64,000 nucleotides of DNA from Ramazzottius varieornatus (lineage: Eukaryota > Animalia > Tardigrada), in contig BDGG01000002.1 of assembly GCA_001949185.1 (NCBI GenBank), forward strand, positions 1,695,145-1,759,144, written 5' to 3'. Positions 61,741 through 64,000 of the stretch are shown here, piece by piece (position 1 is the first letter of the stretch; each line of letters begins with the position of its first letter). Position numbers and translations under genes: made by a program. The notes under the pieces are model-generated. The model worked only from the letters and a program-made list of their open reading frames with translations. It did not search any database and was not told the origin of the DNA.

Positions 61741-62644
61741 ATGGATATCGAGAGGCTGAAAGTGGACCTGGACGGTATCAAGAGCCAGCCGGGCCCAGAG
61801 CTGGACGAGGTCAGCCCGCTGTCCGGCCTGACTATTAGACAGCGTCTCTTGATCGAACGCAGCTGGCGGGAAGTGCTGCAAATAGGCCCCGTTAAAGTCG
61901 GCATCGAACTTTTCAAACTGTAAGAGGACTGGATTTCTCCTGATCTAACTAACTGCAGCTTTTTCGTGTACTGCATTGTGCTGCAGGTTCTTTTCGAGAC
62001 ATCCGGAGTACGTTCAGCTTTTTCGCGCTCTGCGGGAGATACCGCCCGACAAGCTGCAGTCCAGTGCGCGATTCAAAGCTCATGGAACCATTGTTGTACA
62101 GTAAGCCAATCACTAAACGTCCTGGTAAAGGTTGCGCATAATCGATTGAGTCTTTTTTTTTCTCAGAGCGATCAGCGGTATTATCGGTAAGTAAGCTGAA
62201 TTTGCCGAAGATACTACTTGCTGTCAAGTCGCAATCTTCATTTCATGACAGCTAATCTGGAAGACGGAGAGACCATGGTAGATGTACTGCAGAAAATCGG
62301 TCGGGATCACGTGCGTCGTCACTTGACACCTCAACATTTCGAGGTGTGCCGTTTGATTCTGGTGCACTTCTCACTAGAAGTGCCTGACGTGAGAATCAGA
62401 ACTTCTGATTGTTTAGAGTCCGACCCACAGCAAGTTTACATCTATCGTTTTACGTCCATTACAGAATTTGAAAGGCACCATCTTGCTGCTGTTGGAGACG
62501 GTGTTGGGAGAGGCATGGAGCGTTGAAGTGGCCAACAGCTGGCAGAAGGCCTTAGGCGCCGTCATGAGTACCGTTCAGAGTGCTATGGCAGGCGAGGAAA
62601 CAATCCAGGACATTAAGCAGGCCTTCGGACAAACCGACACCTAA
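61741..62644 (+). CDS. Globin, 194 aa, 5 exons (61741-61919, 61987-62100, 62167-62186, 62252-62343, 62465-62644)
   Basis: LTIRQRLLIERSW, GIELFKLFFSRHPEYVQLF (CD1 Phe), FKAHG (E7 His), IGRDH (F8 His), PQHFE, SWQKAL; canonical B12.2 and G7.0 introns; exon lengths sum to 585 nt. Confidence 0.92.
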
Positions 62645-62807
62645 TTTCCAGCTGGTCTTTGCGTAATTATTGTCACCATCGCTTCCGATCTATCTACGAC
62701 AAATACGACACAAATCGTTTTCACCTTAGCTAGGCCTTCTTTGCGCGTTATGTACGTATGAAGTAAACTGATACCTTTGGGTTGTTTGTGTAAAAGAAGA
62801 CGACGCT

Positions 62808-64000
62808 TCAGCCGCTGTCGCCCGTTCCATAAATATCTTCGTGATATCTTTCCCCAATCTGCAAAAGTGTAAAACCCATCAGTTAGCAAAGCCTTTAAGC
62901 TCTTTTTGATTAGCTGTGCTGGCTTACTTTTAGTTTGTCCAGTAAGCCTTTGGCTTTATCTGGAGTCAGTCCGCGTTTCACGAAGGCCTCACGCAGTGCA
63001 TCGGCAACACCGTGCGCCATCGTTACGCCTCCGCAGATGTAGATGTGGCCATTACGGTCCCTGACGTCGACTAGGAGTCGATCGGCCACGGCTTCCACCG
63101 TATCCTGAACGTACATCTGCAAGGAACTCGACATGGCTATGTGATTGTCTTTAGCGGATAATCGTTGCCGTACCTTCTTGACGCCCGATTGACGCGAGAC
63201 AGCCAACTGGAAATCAGCAATGATCTTGGTTCTGAGCAATAGATCAATTTCATCTTTGAAAATATGATCGATCCGGGCGTCGCGACATCCAAACATCAGT
63301 GTCACATTGGGTCTCTCCACTTTAGTCTGCTGAAGGTGCTGCCAGAATGCGCGGAAGGGCGCAATGCCGGTGCCGGCACATATCAAGTAGACCGGAGTTG
63401 ATGGATTGTCCGGCATGTAGAAAGAAGGGGCGCTAAAATCAGCAATACGTTCATCAGCTCGCTTTGTTCGACAGCAAAACCAAAATTAGCTTTTTCGGAA
63501 AAAGCGAAAAGAGCTGAATTGAAGACAGAACGTCGGGTGCCTGAGGTGGCATTGGCCCTACTCGTACAACGATTATGGCGCGCAAAATGGACCTGGAAAT
63601 GCGGCAGACCCTACGCTTCGTGAGCGGACGGTTCTGGTTTCGAACCTCGGATCCGCCACTTTTGCCTGACCGAAACTCAAACTTTGTGGTTTTCACATTG
63701 AATTTGGACTACCCGTTATACTTTTCTGTACCGTGGTTCGCTTCAGGAGTACGAAAAAGTGCTGGCTTTTTTTCGGTCTGTATTTAAGGCTGAAAGGCTT
63801 TTGCCGTGGGTGGTGGCGTACCTGCGGACGAAGAAGAGACAGCCACTCTTCGAAGGGAGGTTGTTCAGGTAAGTGGTGCACAAGCCATGGTGCACCGGAC
63901 CTTGTCCATTCTGCGTTCTGAACGACACGATACCGACGGTCAGATCGAAAGTCTGCTCTTTGGTCAGCGGGGACGAACTGACCGAATAATATCTCGGCTG
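62808..64000 (-). CDS. NOS: Nitric oxide synthase, C-terminal reductase part (gene continues beyond window)
   Basis: QPRYYSVSSSP; NOS-typical VSFRTQNGQGPVHHGLCTTYL; FVR|SAPSFYMP; GTGIAPFRAFWQ; FGCRDARIDHIFKDE; YVQD; GHIYICGGVTMA; RYHEDIYG. Confidence 0.88.

Noticed and set aside
61741-62644. Identity with tardigrade Kumaglobin
   Set aside because: As I recall, that protein uses an E11 distal His; this globin has His at E7 and Val at E11

Overview
Compact, intron-rich invertebrate (metazoan) genomic DNA with mostly ~55-70-nt GT-AG introns. A tardigrade origin is my guess from gene content and compactness; it is not demonstrable here. Thirteen host protein genes are recognisable: lunapark, a trypsin-like serine protease (1-nt frameshift), RBM25, an RGS12-like PDZ-PTB-RGS protein, ING3, TAF5 (apparently lacking NTD2), AHCYL/IRBIT, an MFS transporter, a flavin monooxygenase, ABCC/MRP1, a receptor guanylyl-cyclase-like protein, a globin, and the 3' half of nitric oxide synthase. 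There is a triple-nested DNA transposon stack at 21.2-28.0 kb and many MITEs. Three things stand out. (1) A dispersed, mostly intronic palindromic element occurs in ~18 copies, built on CAAGTGGCGCA-N27-TGCGCCACTTG, with a sequence-variable but length-fixed spacer, co-varying arms and ~82-bp modular dimers. (2) A single-pass receptor has a bacterial-type PstS phosphate-binding ectodomain fused to a pseudokinase, a catalytically dead cyclase and a His-rich tail. (3) That receptor lies next to a tail-to-tail globin/NOS pair. All coordinates and counts were read by hand; exon boundaries are predictions.
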